Shown here: positions 26,421 through 35,403 of the stretch, piece after piece
How the letters are laid out: every line of letters starts with the position of its first letter
Position numbering within the stretch: position 1 is the stretch's first letter
NCBI GenBank assembly: GCA_965373035.1
Contig: CBDVEP010000002.1
Location: 1-59,362 of the forward strand
DNA from: an uncultured bacterium
GTDB lineage: Bacteria > Spirochaetota > JAHITG01
DNA length: 59,362 bases
Direction: 5' to 3'
The notes under the pieces: model-generated
Database searches by the model: none
Seen by the model: the letters and a program-made list of their open reading frames with translations, nothing else
What the model was told of the DNA's origin: nothing
Position numbers and translations under genes: made by a program

Positions 26421-28283
26421 AAATGTAAAAAAACATTACTTTTATACTTAATTATAACCTTAATATTTTTTATTAACTTAAATGTCATTTCAGCTTCAAG
26501 ATCACTTAAGCTTGATAAATTAACAGATGATGAATTTAAACTTCATATTTCCCAGGGTAGAATTCATTATTTAAGAAGGCATTATAGACAAGCTATTAAA
26601 AAATGGCAGCCTTTGATAGAGCATAGAGCCTTTACTGACAACCTGCGCAACTGGTTAAATAAGGCTTATGGTAAAGTATTAACTGCTTATGGTCATTATA
26701 ATAAAGCCTATGCACTTTATTTAAAATTAGATCTTTATAAAGCCGAAGAGGTCTGTCTGGAAGCCATTGATATCCATCCAAATTACAGAGAAGCCATAGA
26801 ACTTTTAAAATTAATAAGAAATGCCATGATAGTAGAAATAAATCTACTTACAGCAAGGAAATGTCTTGAAAATAAAAAATATGAAAAAGCAATTCTAATA
26901 TGTAAAAAAATATTAAAAATCCAGCCTGACAATACCGCTGCATCTGAACTTATTGAAGAAGCATTATTAAGAAAAAATAATATTAAATTAGATAAAGAAA
27001 TAGAGCAGATATCAGCAAGAGGTATCTCTTCTTTTTCCAATAAAGAATATGAATTAGCCCAGGTAACTTTTAATAATATCCTAAAAATGGATAAAAACAA
27101 TCCAACAGCTATAAAATATATTGACAAAATTGAACAAATCAATAAAGAAAAAGAAGAAAAAATAATTTTAAATGAAGAAACAAAAAAGTATTATTCAGTC
27201 GGAGTCAAACTTTATAAATCAGGTGATTATACCAATGCTAAAAAAGAATTTCAAAATGTCACTACTTTAATATCAAACTATAAAAAAGCCAGTCAATATT
27301 TAGAAAAAATTGAAAACAAGGTTATAGAACAGGAAAAAATTAAAAAAAAGGAAGAAGAAAAATTAATTTCAAAATATTTAAGTCAGGGTATTACTTATTA
27401 TTATAAAAAAAAATATAAAATGTCTATTGCAATGCTGGAACAGGCTCAATTACTTGACCCGGATAATATTTTTGCAATAGAATATATAGAGAAAGCAAAA
27501 GATTTCTTATATCAAAAAGGCACAGAATATATTAGTGAGGACTCTCCATATTACTCTTTATTTTTAATTATTAAAAGAAAAGCAAATTATTATTTTAATA
27601 AGAAAAATTATATTGAATCATTAAAGTGGTGGGATAAAATATTAAAACTATTTCCTCTCAATAAAGCAGCAAGAGATATGGCAACTGTTATAGCTTTAAA
27701 ACTTGATAAGGACAGGGCAAGAGATTTTATCTCTCTGCGTTATAATGAAGGAAAAAAATTTTTTAATAATAAAAAATACAAAAATGCTCTTGAAGAATTT
27801 AAAATGATACATAAAATTGATCCTGAATATAAAGACATTAAAAAATATATAAAAAAAACTGAAAAATATCTCAAGAAACCTCCTGTTGTAAGATTATCAA
27901 GGAAAGTATTAAAAAATTATTATAATGCAGGACTGAAATATTTTAAAGAAAAAAAATTAAATGCTGCTATTGTCGAATGGGAGAAAGTCTTAAAGGATAC
28001 TTCCCCTGATAATCCATACAGAGTTAATGCTATGGTTAATATCAGTAAAGTAAAGCGAAAAATAGCATTTTCTACAAGTTTCGCTAAAAAAGAAAAACCA
28101 AAAACCGATAAACAAAATAAAACAGTTAAAAAACATTATTTAAAAGGTATTGCTTTTTACATCAAAGGAAAATATAAAAAAGCTATTAATGAGTGGCAAT
28201 TGGTATTAAAATATGAACCTAATCATTCAAAAGCAAAAAACAACATTGAAAAATGTGAGCGAAAACTTAAATTTGCAAGATAA
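26376..28283 (+). CDS. Signal-anchored TPR-repeat protein
   Basis: Hydrophobic N-terminus LLLYLIITLIFFINLNVISA followed by many 34-aa TPR-like units (Y..G...Y..G.Y..A...[FW]..[VI]L...P.[NH]..A). The listed ATG sits inside the GC-rich repeat, so the true start is uncertain. Confidence 0.7.
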   Translation: MTLNPLTSKARLILLKCKKTLLLYLIITLIFFINLNVISASRSLKLDKLTDDEFKLHISQGRIHYLRRHYRQAIKKWQPLIEHRAFTDNLRNWLNKAYGKVLTAYGHYNKAYALYLKLDLYKAEEVCLEAIDIHPNYREAIELLKLIRNAMIVEINLLTARKCLENKKYEKAILICKKILKIQPDNTAASELIEEALLRKNNIKLDKEIEQISARGISSFSNKEYELAQVTFNNILKMDKNNPTAIKYIDKIEQINKEKEEKIILNEETKKYYSVGVKLYKSGDYTNAKKEFQNVTTLISNYKKASQYLEKIENKVIEQEKIKKKEEEKLISKYLSQGITYYYKKKYKMSIAMLEQAQLLDPDNIFAIEYIEKAKDFLYQKGTEYISEDSPYYSLFLIIKRKANYYFNKKNYIESLKWWDKILKLFPLNKAARDMATVIALKLDKDRARDFISLRYNEGKKFFNNKKYKNALEEFKMIHKIDPEYKDIKKYIKKTEKYLKKPPVVRLSRKVLKNYYNAGLKYFKEKKLNAAIVEWEKVLKDTSPDNPYRVNAMVNISKVKRKIAFSTSFAKKEKPKTDKQNKTVKKHYLKGIAFYIKGKYKKAINEWQLVLKYEPNHSKAKNNIEKCERKLKFAR

Positions 28284-31053
28284 AAAATTATACATTATCA
28301 TTTTACTATTTCTTATTATCCCCTTAAATATATATTCTTATCCACAGGGATGGTATAATGATAAATTTATAAGCAAAGGAGAGTGGCCTCATATATTTAT
28401 TAATAACAATATTATTGGAGTTACTTACCTGGTAAAACAACAAAACCAGACTTCTGTTTATATGAAATTTAGTAATGATAAAGGAAAACACTGGTCACAT
28501 CCTGAAATACTGGTTAATAAAATCGGGAAGAGATTTGAATATATTACAAGCACTGTGGATAACAATATTCTTTATATTTCGTGGGGAGAAGATGATGGAT
28601 TCCTTTATCTTTTAAAATACAACTTAACCAACAGTAAAGTTATTTCAAAACAAAAATTATCTGACATAAAGCCTTTTGCCTGTCTGCCGAAAATTGCGAT
28701 AGATGAGGAAAAAAATATCCATTTATTTTATCACAGAGAACTGAATGAAATTTTCACACTCTATCACATAGTTAGCTTTGATAAATGCCGCAGTTGGAGT
28801 AAAAGTCATAAAATTGTTGAAAAAATATCATCTCAAGTATGTGGGATATTTTTTCCAGATGTAAAATTCTGGGGGGATTATATATATCTAATATGGCAAA
28901 ACAAGCAAACTCAAAAAAAAGAAAAGTTGATTAATGATAACCTTTACTTTTCTTACAGTAATGATCTGGGTCAGACATGGGAAGCAACTGAAAAATTAAC
29001 AGACAATAAATATAATAATTCACGACCATCTCTGATTATATCCCGTGATTTTCAAAATATATATACTATATGGGAAAGCGATAAACAGAAGGATTGGGAT
29101 ATTTTTATTGGAAAAGGGGAAATCTTAAGTAAAGATAACATCAATTGGAAAATGGAAGATTCTTTTCAAATTATCTCTGATACTTCTGCTGATTCTTTTT
29201 TTAGTAAACCGATTCTTAAAAATAATAATATTTATATTTTCTGGTATGACTTCAGAAAAGGAAAAAGCCAATTATTTTATAGAATTTTCAACCTTCAAAC
29301 AGAACAACTCTCAGGTGAAATTCAACTTACACACATAAAAAGTCATTCCAGAAAACCTGATGTTACTTTGTTTAGCAATGCTTTTTATCTGGTATGGGAA
29401 GAAAAACATAAAAATTATTCTAAAATATACTTTAAAAAAGAAGATACAGAAATAAAAAAACCAGTTATTTATTCACCTACTCATCCAACTGATAAGTGGC
29501 TCCGGAAAAAAAATGTAATCATCAGGGCAAAAAAAATTCAGGATGTGTCAGGGATTAAGGGGTATAGTTATGCTCTTGATAATAAACCATCTACTATTCC
29601 TGATATTATTAACTATAATACTAAAGAATTCAACATGGGATTTCAAAATGTAATTAGTGGGATAAGCTATATCCATTTAAGGGCTATTGATAATCATGAT
29701 AACTGGAGTGAAACTGCTCATTATAAAATAAAAATCGATACATTAGGGCCTGATATTACTGATGTAGAAATTCATCCTTTCCAGGGCAGGCGCAATAAAT
29801 ATAATATTAAATTTATTATTAAATATTTTGATTTCAGTAAAGTTACAGGATTTTATTATAAATTATCAAAAAAAATACAGACAAAATTACCCTCAAAAAT
29901 TATGATTAAAAAAGCCCGCGGCACTGTTAAAAATTTAGAAGAGGGGATATGGTTTTTCAATATTAAAGGAGTTGATAATTTAGGTAACTGGAGCAAAATT
30001 AAACATTTTAAAGTAGTACTTACAGTAGATGATATTCCTCCAGCTCCACCTAAAATTATATCTCTAACACACATAATTAACTCTGTTTCTGCTGATAAAA
30101 ATCCTGAGTTTATTTTTTCATCTATTGACAATGTTGGTATTAAAGGCTATAACTATATTATTACTAAAAACCCAAATTATGAGCCTGAAAAATCTTTTAA
30201 GACTTCACGAACTAATATAAAATTTAAAAATGTAAAAGATGGAGAATGGTTTTTTATTGTAAGGTCAGTTGATTATAATAATAACTGGAGCATGCCATCT
30301 ATTTATCCTTTTAGTATTGACAGTACAGGACCGCAAATTAAAACCATCTTATGCTCTATAAAAACAAATATAAAAAAGATAAATAATAAAACTATACGTA
30401 CTACTTTTAATGTAGGTTTCAAATGTACCTTAAAAAAAGAAGAAAAAAATATAGGTTATAGTTTTAATATTACAAAAAATAAAAAGCAAAGACTCCCTTT
30501 AAAAATATTGTCTATATCTAATAAAATAAAATATGATAATCTTAATAAAACCAATTTATATTTTAAAGTAAAGGCAAGGGATAATCTGGGAAACTGGGGA
30601 AGGGCTAAAATATATCATTTAAATTTAATAGAAAAAGCAAAGCCAGTCAAACAAATTATTAAAGCTGATTTATTTGTTTATGATGATATTCTCCATTATA
30701 GAGTTAAAAGAGGTGACAATTTATACAAAATTATCAGTTTTATACTATTAACTGAAAAACCAAAATTTTTTATTGATTCTATTACTAAATATAATAAAAT
30801 AGAAAATCCTGATGTAGTTGTTGCAGGGAGTATTCTTAAATTTCCACTGCTTCGAATTAAAGACACTATTGTTATAAACAAGATCAAACCTACATTTTTA
30901 AAAATGATTAAAAACAAAATAATTAAGGTTAAAAGAACTAAAGACGGCATAAGCCTTAAAAAAGAAAAAAATTTATTTAACTTATGGAAAAACCACCTGA
31001 TTCTTATAAAGCTAAAATTATTTTTAGAAACTGGCAAATTTTATTTTTATTAG
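28213..31053 (+). CDS. Secreted BNR/Asp-box beta-propeller protein with four Ig-like 'DN.GNWS' repeats and a C-terminal LysM domain
   Basis: Asp-boxes are SNDKGKHWS, SFDKCRSWS and SNDLGQTWE. The Ig-like repeats read IDNHDNWSETAHYKIKIDTLGP, VDNLGNWSKIKHFKVVL, VDYNNNWSMPSIYPFSIDSTGP and RDNLGNWGRAKIYHLNL. The LysM-like stretch is YRVKRGDNLYKII...ENPDVVVAGSILKFP. The start may be the TTG at 28273, which would overlap the upstream stop. Confidence 0.7.
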   Translation: MNLIIQKQKTTLKNVSENLNLQDKKLYIIILLFLIIPLNIYSYPQGWYNDKFISKGEWPHIFINNNIIGVTYLVKQQNQTSVYMKFSNDKGKHWSHPEILVNKIGKRFEYITSTVDNNILYISWGEDDGFLYLLKYNLTNSKVISKQKLSDIKPFACLPKIAIDEEKNIHLFYHRELNEIFTLYHIVSFDKCRSWSKSHKIVEKISSQVCGIFFPDVKFWGDYIYLIWQNKQTQKKEKLINDNLYFSYSNDLGQTWEATEKLTDNKYNNSRPSLIISRDFQNIYTIWESDKQKDWDIFIGKGEILSKDNINWKMEDSFQIISDTSADSFFSKPILKNNNIYIFWYDFRKGKSQLFYRIFNLQTEQLSGEIQLTHIKSHSRKPDVTLFSNAFYLVWEEKHKNYSKIYFKKEDTEIKKPVIYSPTHPTDKWLRKKNVIIRAKKIQDVSGIKGYSYALDNKPSTIPDIINYNTKEFNMGFQNVISGISYIHLRAIDNHDNWSETAHYKIKIDTLGPDITDVEIHPFQGRRNKYNIKFIIKYFDFSKVTGFYYKLSKKIQTKLPSKIMIKKARGTVKNLEEGIWFFNIKGVDNLGNWSKIKHFKVVLTVDDIPPAPPKIISLTHIINSVSADKNPEFIFSSIDNVGIKGYNYIITKNPNYEPEKSFKTSRTNIKFKNVKDGEWFFIVRSVDYNNNWSMPSIYPFSIDSTGPQIKTILCSIKTNIKKINNKTIRTTFNVGFKCTLKKEEKNIGYSFNITKNKKQRLPLKILSISNKIKYDNLNKTNLYFKVKARDNLGNWGRAKIYHLNLIEKAKPVKQIIKADLFVYDDILHYRVKRGDNLYKIISFILLTEKPKFFIDSITKYNKIENPDVVVAGSILKFPLLRIKDTIVINKIKPTFLKMIKNKIIKVKRTKDGISLKKEKNLFNLWKNHLILIKLKLFLETGKFYFY

Positions 31054-31059
31054 CGTAAT

Positions 31060-31149
31060 GGGGATGGTGCGTACTTTGTAACATTATTAAAATTATATTT
31101 TATTTAGATATATTGATATTATAATGTTACAAAGTGACGCACCGTCCCC
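31060..31149. repeat. Long hairpin (26-27-bp GC-rich arms, ~37-nt AT loop) between convergent genes; either a bidirectional terminator or a MITE-like element
   Basis: ggggatggtgcgtactttgtaacatt (31060-31085) pairs with aatgttacaaagtgacgcaccgtcccc (31123-31149). There is one mismatch and one 1-nt bulge. Confidence 0.6.
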
Positions 31150-31158
31150 ACTACCGCA

Positions 31159-31656
31159 TTATCCTTTTACAATTTTTTTTAGTTTTTCTTTTATAAACAC
31201 ACGGTCAATTGCATCTTTTCCTCTGGGGGATTGCTTAAGTTTCCACAATAATTCTAAACTAGCAAAGGGTATTTTTACTCCTCGGATTTTAACTATTATA
31301 ATAGATTTGGATGCTTCTTTATAAAATATTCCACAAGCTGATTTCATTAAATCAATAACTATTTCATCAGCAATACGGATAACATTATAGTTTTTAATAT
31401 CCCCTGGTTTAATTTCTTTTATAGCTTTATCTGGAAGATATAAAAGAGCTTCTCTTAATAATTGATGATTTTCTTCTGTGATATCTATTAGAAGATCAAT
31501 GTCTTCAGTAGCACGAACAAAACCATGCTGAATTATTGCCATACCACCAATAACAATATACTTCACTTTTTTTTTATTTAATTGTCGGCATAATTCTAAT
31601 AAATCATCTAAAGTTGGTGGTCGTGATTCTAACGAGCTAGAATTTTGCGCGTCCAT
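31159..31656 (-). CDS. Nucleotidyltransferase-fold protein (GG...DIDLL type), cassette 1
   Basis: KVKYIVIGGMAIIQHGFVRATEDIDLLID. It is a paralog of 40412-40864 (KVKYLVVGAYAVIYYTEPRFTKDIDLLVE). Confidence 0.6.
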   Translation of the reverse strand: MDAQNSSSLESRPPTLDDLLELCRQLNKKKVKYIVIGGMAIIQHGFVRATEDIDLLIDITEENHQLLREALLYLPDKAIKEIKPGDIKNYNVIRIADEIVIDLMKSACGIFYKEASKSIIIVKIRGVKIPFASLELLWKLKQSPRGKDAIDRVFIKEKLKKIVKG

Positions 31657-31814
31657 TCTTCTTTTTCCTTAAATGTTTTAAATCGATAGACCCCTTTAGG
31701 AATAAAAGGTTTTTTTCCACGAATTTCTAAAACTAATTTTAATAAATTATCCGCAGCCTCAAGACCTCCTCTGCAAGGTTTTCTTTTACCAATTATTTTA
31801 ATTGATTCTTCCAT
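31629..31814 (-). CDS. Small protein preceding and overlapping the nucleotidyltransferase (putative partner)
   Basis: 61 aa, with a 28-nt overlap with the downstream NTase. The C-terminal IPKGVYRFKTFKEKEEW motif is one I associate with small partners of such NTases. I could not perform a search. Confidence 0.45.
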   Translation of the reverse strand: MEESIKIIGKRKPCRGGLEAADNLLKLVLEIRGKKPFIPKGVYRFKTFKEKEEWTRKILAR

Positions 31815-31920
31815 ACTTTGAAGGTAATATTAAATATTATAAAGTCAAGACTGATTGTCAACAATTCATGATGGTTTTATCATTTTCTTTCACTTTTTCT
31901 TTTTGGTTTTTAGTTTTACT

Positions 31921-32406
31921 TTACTGTTTTATTTTTTTTAAAAATATACAAAATTGCCTGAAATCTTTTTTAAGTAATGATTTACATTGTTTAAATTTCT
32001 TCTGCAAATAATCAATCTTATCCCAATCATATTCCATTTCAAAATAATATCGTTTAAAATGCCGAAATCGTAATAGCTCTAAAAGATATTTATAGGATTT
32101 TTCTGATATTACTGGCTTTCTGATATTATCTATTTCTAACTGCATCTTATGAAGTAAATCAATATGCCATTTATCTTTTTCTAAACTATTCTCAAAAAAT
32201 TGGGATATACGTAAAAAAAGTGTTTCAAGGCATGTATAAAATTTTTCCATAATATCTGAAATAATAATAGCAGATGTTGTATTCCTTCCTAAAAATGTAA
32301 ATTCTTTTTGTAAAAATTCATCATAATATGAATAAATTTCTTTTAATATTTTTTGGGTATTATTTATCTCCCCTATAAGTATATCGATTTCTTCATTCTC
32401 TTTCAT
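31921..32406 (-). CDS. HepT-like HEPN-domain protein (putative RNase toxin), pair 2
   Basis: Helical 161-aa protein with the LLRFRHFKRYYFEMEY motif. Shows a 14-nt overlap with the upstream MNT gene. Confidence 0.6.
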   Translation of the reverse strand: MKENEEIDILIGEINNTQKILKEIYSYYDEFLQKEFTFLGRNTTSAIIISDIMEKFYTCLETLFLRISQFFENSLEKDKWHIDLLHKMQLEIDNIRKPVISEKSYKYLLELLRFRHFKRYYFEMEYDWDKIDYLQKKFKQCKSLLKKDFRQFCIFLKKIKQ

Positions 32407-32773
32407 ATACTAATTTCCCTCTCTTTTTGATATTGTCAGCATGAAGAGGATGAATTTTTTCAATTTGAATTAAATCTAAAAAAAAATCAGTTAATTGTTT
32501 AGCATCCTCATACATAGCAAAAAATTTTTCTGGAGAGGTTATTCCCTCTACTGCTATATCAATATCTGAAATTTCAGAAAAACATCTTTTATTAAGAAGG
32601 GACCCCCATTGATAAATACGTTTAGGATGATATTTTTCAATTAGCATATAAACTATGGTATGAAAATTTTGCCATGCTTTTTGAAATAATTCACTTCTTT
32701 TTTTCTCCTGCTCTTCTTTTTTATGCTTTAGAAATTTTTTTGCTTTTTTAATGTTAAATGTTTTACTTTCCAT
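32393..32773 (-). CDS. Minimal nucleotidyltransferase (MntA-like antitoxin), pair 2
   Basis: IYQWGSLLNKRCFSEISDIDIAVEG (G-S...D-x-D). It starts 16 nt after the stop of the RsbW-like kinase gene. Confidence 0.7.
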   Translation of the reverse strand: MESKTFNIKKAKKFLKHKKEEQEKKRSELFQKAWQNFHTIVYMLIEKYHPKRIYQWGSLLNKRCFSEISDIDIAVEGITSPEKFFAMYEDAKQLTDFFLDLIQIEKIHPLHADNIKKRGKLVYERE

Positions 32774-32789
32774 TTATCTTTTAGTAAAT

Positions 32790-33215
32790 CTATAATAAAT
32801 ATTTTACTAATTCAATTTTATTTCCTCTTTTCATACCAGCATGGTAAACAATTTCATCTACCAGCCTTCGCATTAAATAAACCCCCAAACCATTTTGTTT
32901 ATATCTTTCAATATGCTGATTTAAATCAGGGTCAGATACATCAAGTGGATTAAATTTATCACCTTCATCCTCGATAATTATAGTAATATTTTTATCAAAC
33001 TGTTTGATTGTAATATATATAGGCTTATCACTTTCTCCCTCATAATTATGCATTATAATATTACTACAGGCTTCATCTACAGCTATCTGAAACCTGTATA
33101 TATCATCTTCATTTAATGATGTCTGTACTAAGGATTCACATACACAGGCTCTTATTTTTTCTAAATTTATTTTATGACTTAAAAATTTTTTCTTTTCAAT
33201 TAATTTTTTTTCCAT
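32790..33215 (-). CDS. Anti-sigma-factor-type serine kinase (RsbW/SpoIIAB-like, HATPase_c fold)
   Basis: The N-box is DEACSNIIMHNY and the G-box is NGLGVYLMRRLVDEI. The size is 141 aa. Confidence 0.75.
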   Translation of the reverse strand: MEKKLIEKKKFLSHKINLEKIRACVCESLVQTSLNEDDIYRFQIAVDEACSNIIMHNYEGESDKPIYITIKQFDKNITIIIEDEGDKFNPLDVSDPDLNQHIERYKQNGLGVYLMRRLVDEIVYHAGMKRGNKIELVKYLL

Positions 33216-33229
33216 TATATTATTGCTCC

Positions 33230-33778
33230 TTATTTATAAGATATATTTCCATTACTATCTATAGTAATTGCACATTGACACAAAGGACATCTATACTTGC
33301 CTGATTTTGCAGCTTTCAGTCTTTTTCCGCAAACCTTACATTCAAAAGAAAAAGGGAAAACAACCTTGCCTTCTACATCGCTGAGAACCGGCCTGTCATC
33401 TCCACTGAACAGTGACTGTGCTTTTTGAAATGATTCTTCATATGTATCACATATATTAAAAAATTTAGTAAAGCCTAATAAATTAAAAACTTCAAGAACT
33501 TTTGGGTGGACACTATAAATAACTAAAAATCCCTTATTTTTAAGTTCTTCTGAAATAGCCACAAAACTTCCTATCCCGGCACTGCTTAAATAACTTAATC
33601 CATGACAATTCATGATCAATTTTGTATCTCCATTTTTAATATTTTTTATAATAGTTTCCTGAAAATATTTTGAATTATAAGAATCAACATAACCTGTAAG
33701 AGTAACAAGACACATTTGAGAGTTTTCTCTGATTTCTTCAAAAACTATTCTTATTTTTTTATCTTGTAATTCCATCAC
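33230..33778 (-). CDS. STAS-domain anti-anti-sigma-type protein with a C-terminal zinc-ribbon extension
   Basis: STAS core with a phosphorylatable-serine context HGLSYLSSAGIGSFV. The C-terminus CKVCGKRLKAAKSGKYRCPLCQC carries two CxxC pairs. Confidence 0.75.
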   Translation of the reverse strand: MMELQDKKIRIVFEEIRENSQMCLVTLTGYVDSYNSKYFQETIIKNIKNGDTKLIMNCHGLSYLSSAGIGSFVAISEELKNKGFLVIYSVHPKVLEVFNLLGFTKFFNICDTYEESFQKAQSLFSGDDRPVLSDVEGKVVFPFSFECKVCGKRLKAAKSGKYRCPLCQCAITIDSNGNISYK

Positions 33779-33807
33779 TTTTCTCCTTGATGATTATTTT
33801 TACTTAC

Positions 33808-33846
33808 AGTAATGGGACAATTATCGAGGGAAATTGTCCCATTACT
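33808..33846. promoter_or_regulatory. 15-bp perfect hairpin/palindrome in the 112-nt gap upstream of the STAS gene
   Basis: agtaatgggacaatt-atcgaggga-aattgtcccattact. No U-run follows on the minus strand. It lies ~30 nt upstream of the AAGGAG SD of the STAS gene. Confidence 0.5.
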
Positions 33847-33890
33847 ATTTACAAAATATTTAATTTTCTTTTCAGTAATAATATCATTTA

Positions 33891-35399
33891 TTATACCCTT
33901 ATAGCTATTATAGCAATATCATCATACTGCTGGGCTTCACCACAAAATCGATTAACATCATCTATTATCTCTTTAATTAATAAATCAGTTTGAAGCTGAC
34001 TATTTTTTAGTATCACATCTAACAGCCTTTTTAACTCATATTCATCCTCTTGTAAATTTTTTGCTTCTGTTATACCATCTGTATACTGAATAATAATATC
34101 ACCTTTATTCAAATTTAAAAACTTACCGCATAATGATTCCTCAAAAATCTTTGTTTCCTGAACACCTAATGGGATGCCTGGTTCTGAATATACTTCACAT
34201 TTATTTAAATCTTTCTTATAAACAATCAATTGATTGTGACCTGCATTAGCAAACTGCAATGTTATTTTATTTGGGTCTAATATACCATAAAAAGCAGTAA
34301 TAAACATTCCTCTTTTTATATCAGGAAAAATATACCTATTTGTATTAACCAGAACCTGAAAAGCAGTGCTGGTGGAATAAGCCTGTGCTTTAAGAATACT
34401 CCGTACCATCACCATAACCATAGCACCTGGTACACCTTTTCCTGAAACATCAGCAACAACTATCCCTAACCTCCCATCATCTAATTTAAAAATGTCATAA
34501 TAATCACCACCAACTTCTTTTGCCGGCTTATAATAAGCTGATATTGATACTCCCGGCAACTCAGGGATTTTTTTAGGAATAAGAGAAGTTTGAATACTTG
34601 TTGCTATATCTAATTCATATTTCATTCTCTCCTGTTCCAGCATAATATTCTGGGCTTCTTCAAGTTTACCTGTCATAATATTAAATTGATTTGCTAAAAT
34701 TTCTAATTCATCCCTGGTTTTAACAATAATTTTATATTCAAGATTACCCCCGCCTATCTCTTCAGCTCCCCTGGCTATTTGCATAATTGGCTTTACAATA
34801 AATCCTGCCAGTAAAAAAGAAATGCCTATTCCTAAAATCAAAATAATTAAAGAAATCACAAAAACTGTTAAACTAGCTTTATTTAACGCTCGTTGAATTA
34901 CTTCATAAGAAAATTCAACATGTGCATATCCCAGTATAGCTTCTTCTTCTTTTCCTTTTTTAAAAGTTTTTACTCTTATAGGATATAAAAAATCATATAT
35001 TTTACTTTCTTCTTTTATATAAAGACGAGGAGCAAAGTCATCTCCTTCTTTTTTACTTTGCGAATGCCATATTCGGGTATCATACGTTTGTCCTACTTCA
35101 TTTATATTATTATGAGAAATAACCTCACCTTCAGGATTTAAAATAAAAACCTCAACAACACCATCCTCTTTCATTATGTCTGTAATAGCCTGAAAAATTA
35201 AAAGTTCATCAGATGTGGTAAGTCCTTCTGCTGCCTGTGAAGCAAGACTTTTTGAAAGCAGAATACCCTGTCTTTGAATTCTGGTAATCAGCTCTTTTTT
35301 CTCCTGATTTAACAAGATAACACTGATAGTAACTACAACAACTGCAATTAATATTCCTACAAGTGCTCCAAACTTTATTTTTATACTAATATGCTTCAT
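33891..35399 (-). CDS. Membrane-bound sensor phosphatase: TM, extracytoplasmic domain, TM, HAMP, PP2C/SpoIIE (RsbU-like)
   Basis: Two hydrophobic segments (ALVGILIAVVVVTISVILL; LTVFVISLIILILGIGISFLLAGFIV). A HAMP-like PIMQIARGAEEIGGGNLEYKI follows, and the PP2C motif is EVGGDYYDIF...VADVSGKG. Confidence 0.8.
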   Translation of the reverse strand: MKHISIKIKFGALVGILIAVVVVTISVILLNQEKKELITRIQRQGILLSKSLASQAAEGLTTSDELLIFQAITDIMKEDGVVEVFILNPEGEVISHNNINEVGQTYDTRIWHSQSKKEGDDFAPRLYIKEESKIYDFLYPIRVKTFKKGKEEEAILGYAHVEFSYEVIQRALNKASLTVFVISLIILILGIGISFLLAGFIVKPIMQIARGAEEIGGGNLEYKIIVKTRDELEILANQFNIMTGKLEEAQNIMLEQERMKYELDIATSIQTSLIPKKIPELPGVSISAYYKPAKEVGGDYYDIFKLDDGRLGIVVADVSGKGVPGAMVMVMVRSILKAQAYSTSTAFQVLVNTNRYIFPDIKRGMFITAFYGILDPNKITLQFANAGHNQLIVYKKDLNKCEVYSEPGIPLGVQETKIFEESLCGKFLNLNKGDIIIQYTDGITEAKNLQEDEYELKRLLDVILKNSQLQTDLLIKEIIDDVNRFCGEAQQYDDIAIIAIRV

Positions 35400-35403
35400 T
35401 CAT

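Noticed and set aside
26264-26488. A 74-aa minus-strand ORF (…FGFSPPLRWFGFYHRH…), and the 31124-31324 plus-strand ORF (MLQSDAPSPLPHY…).
   Set aside because: Both are read-throughs of GC-rich hairpin repeats, at 26282-26420 and 31060-31149.
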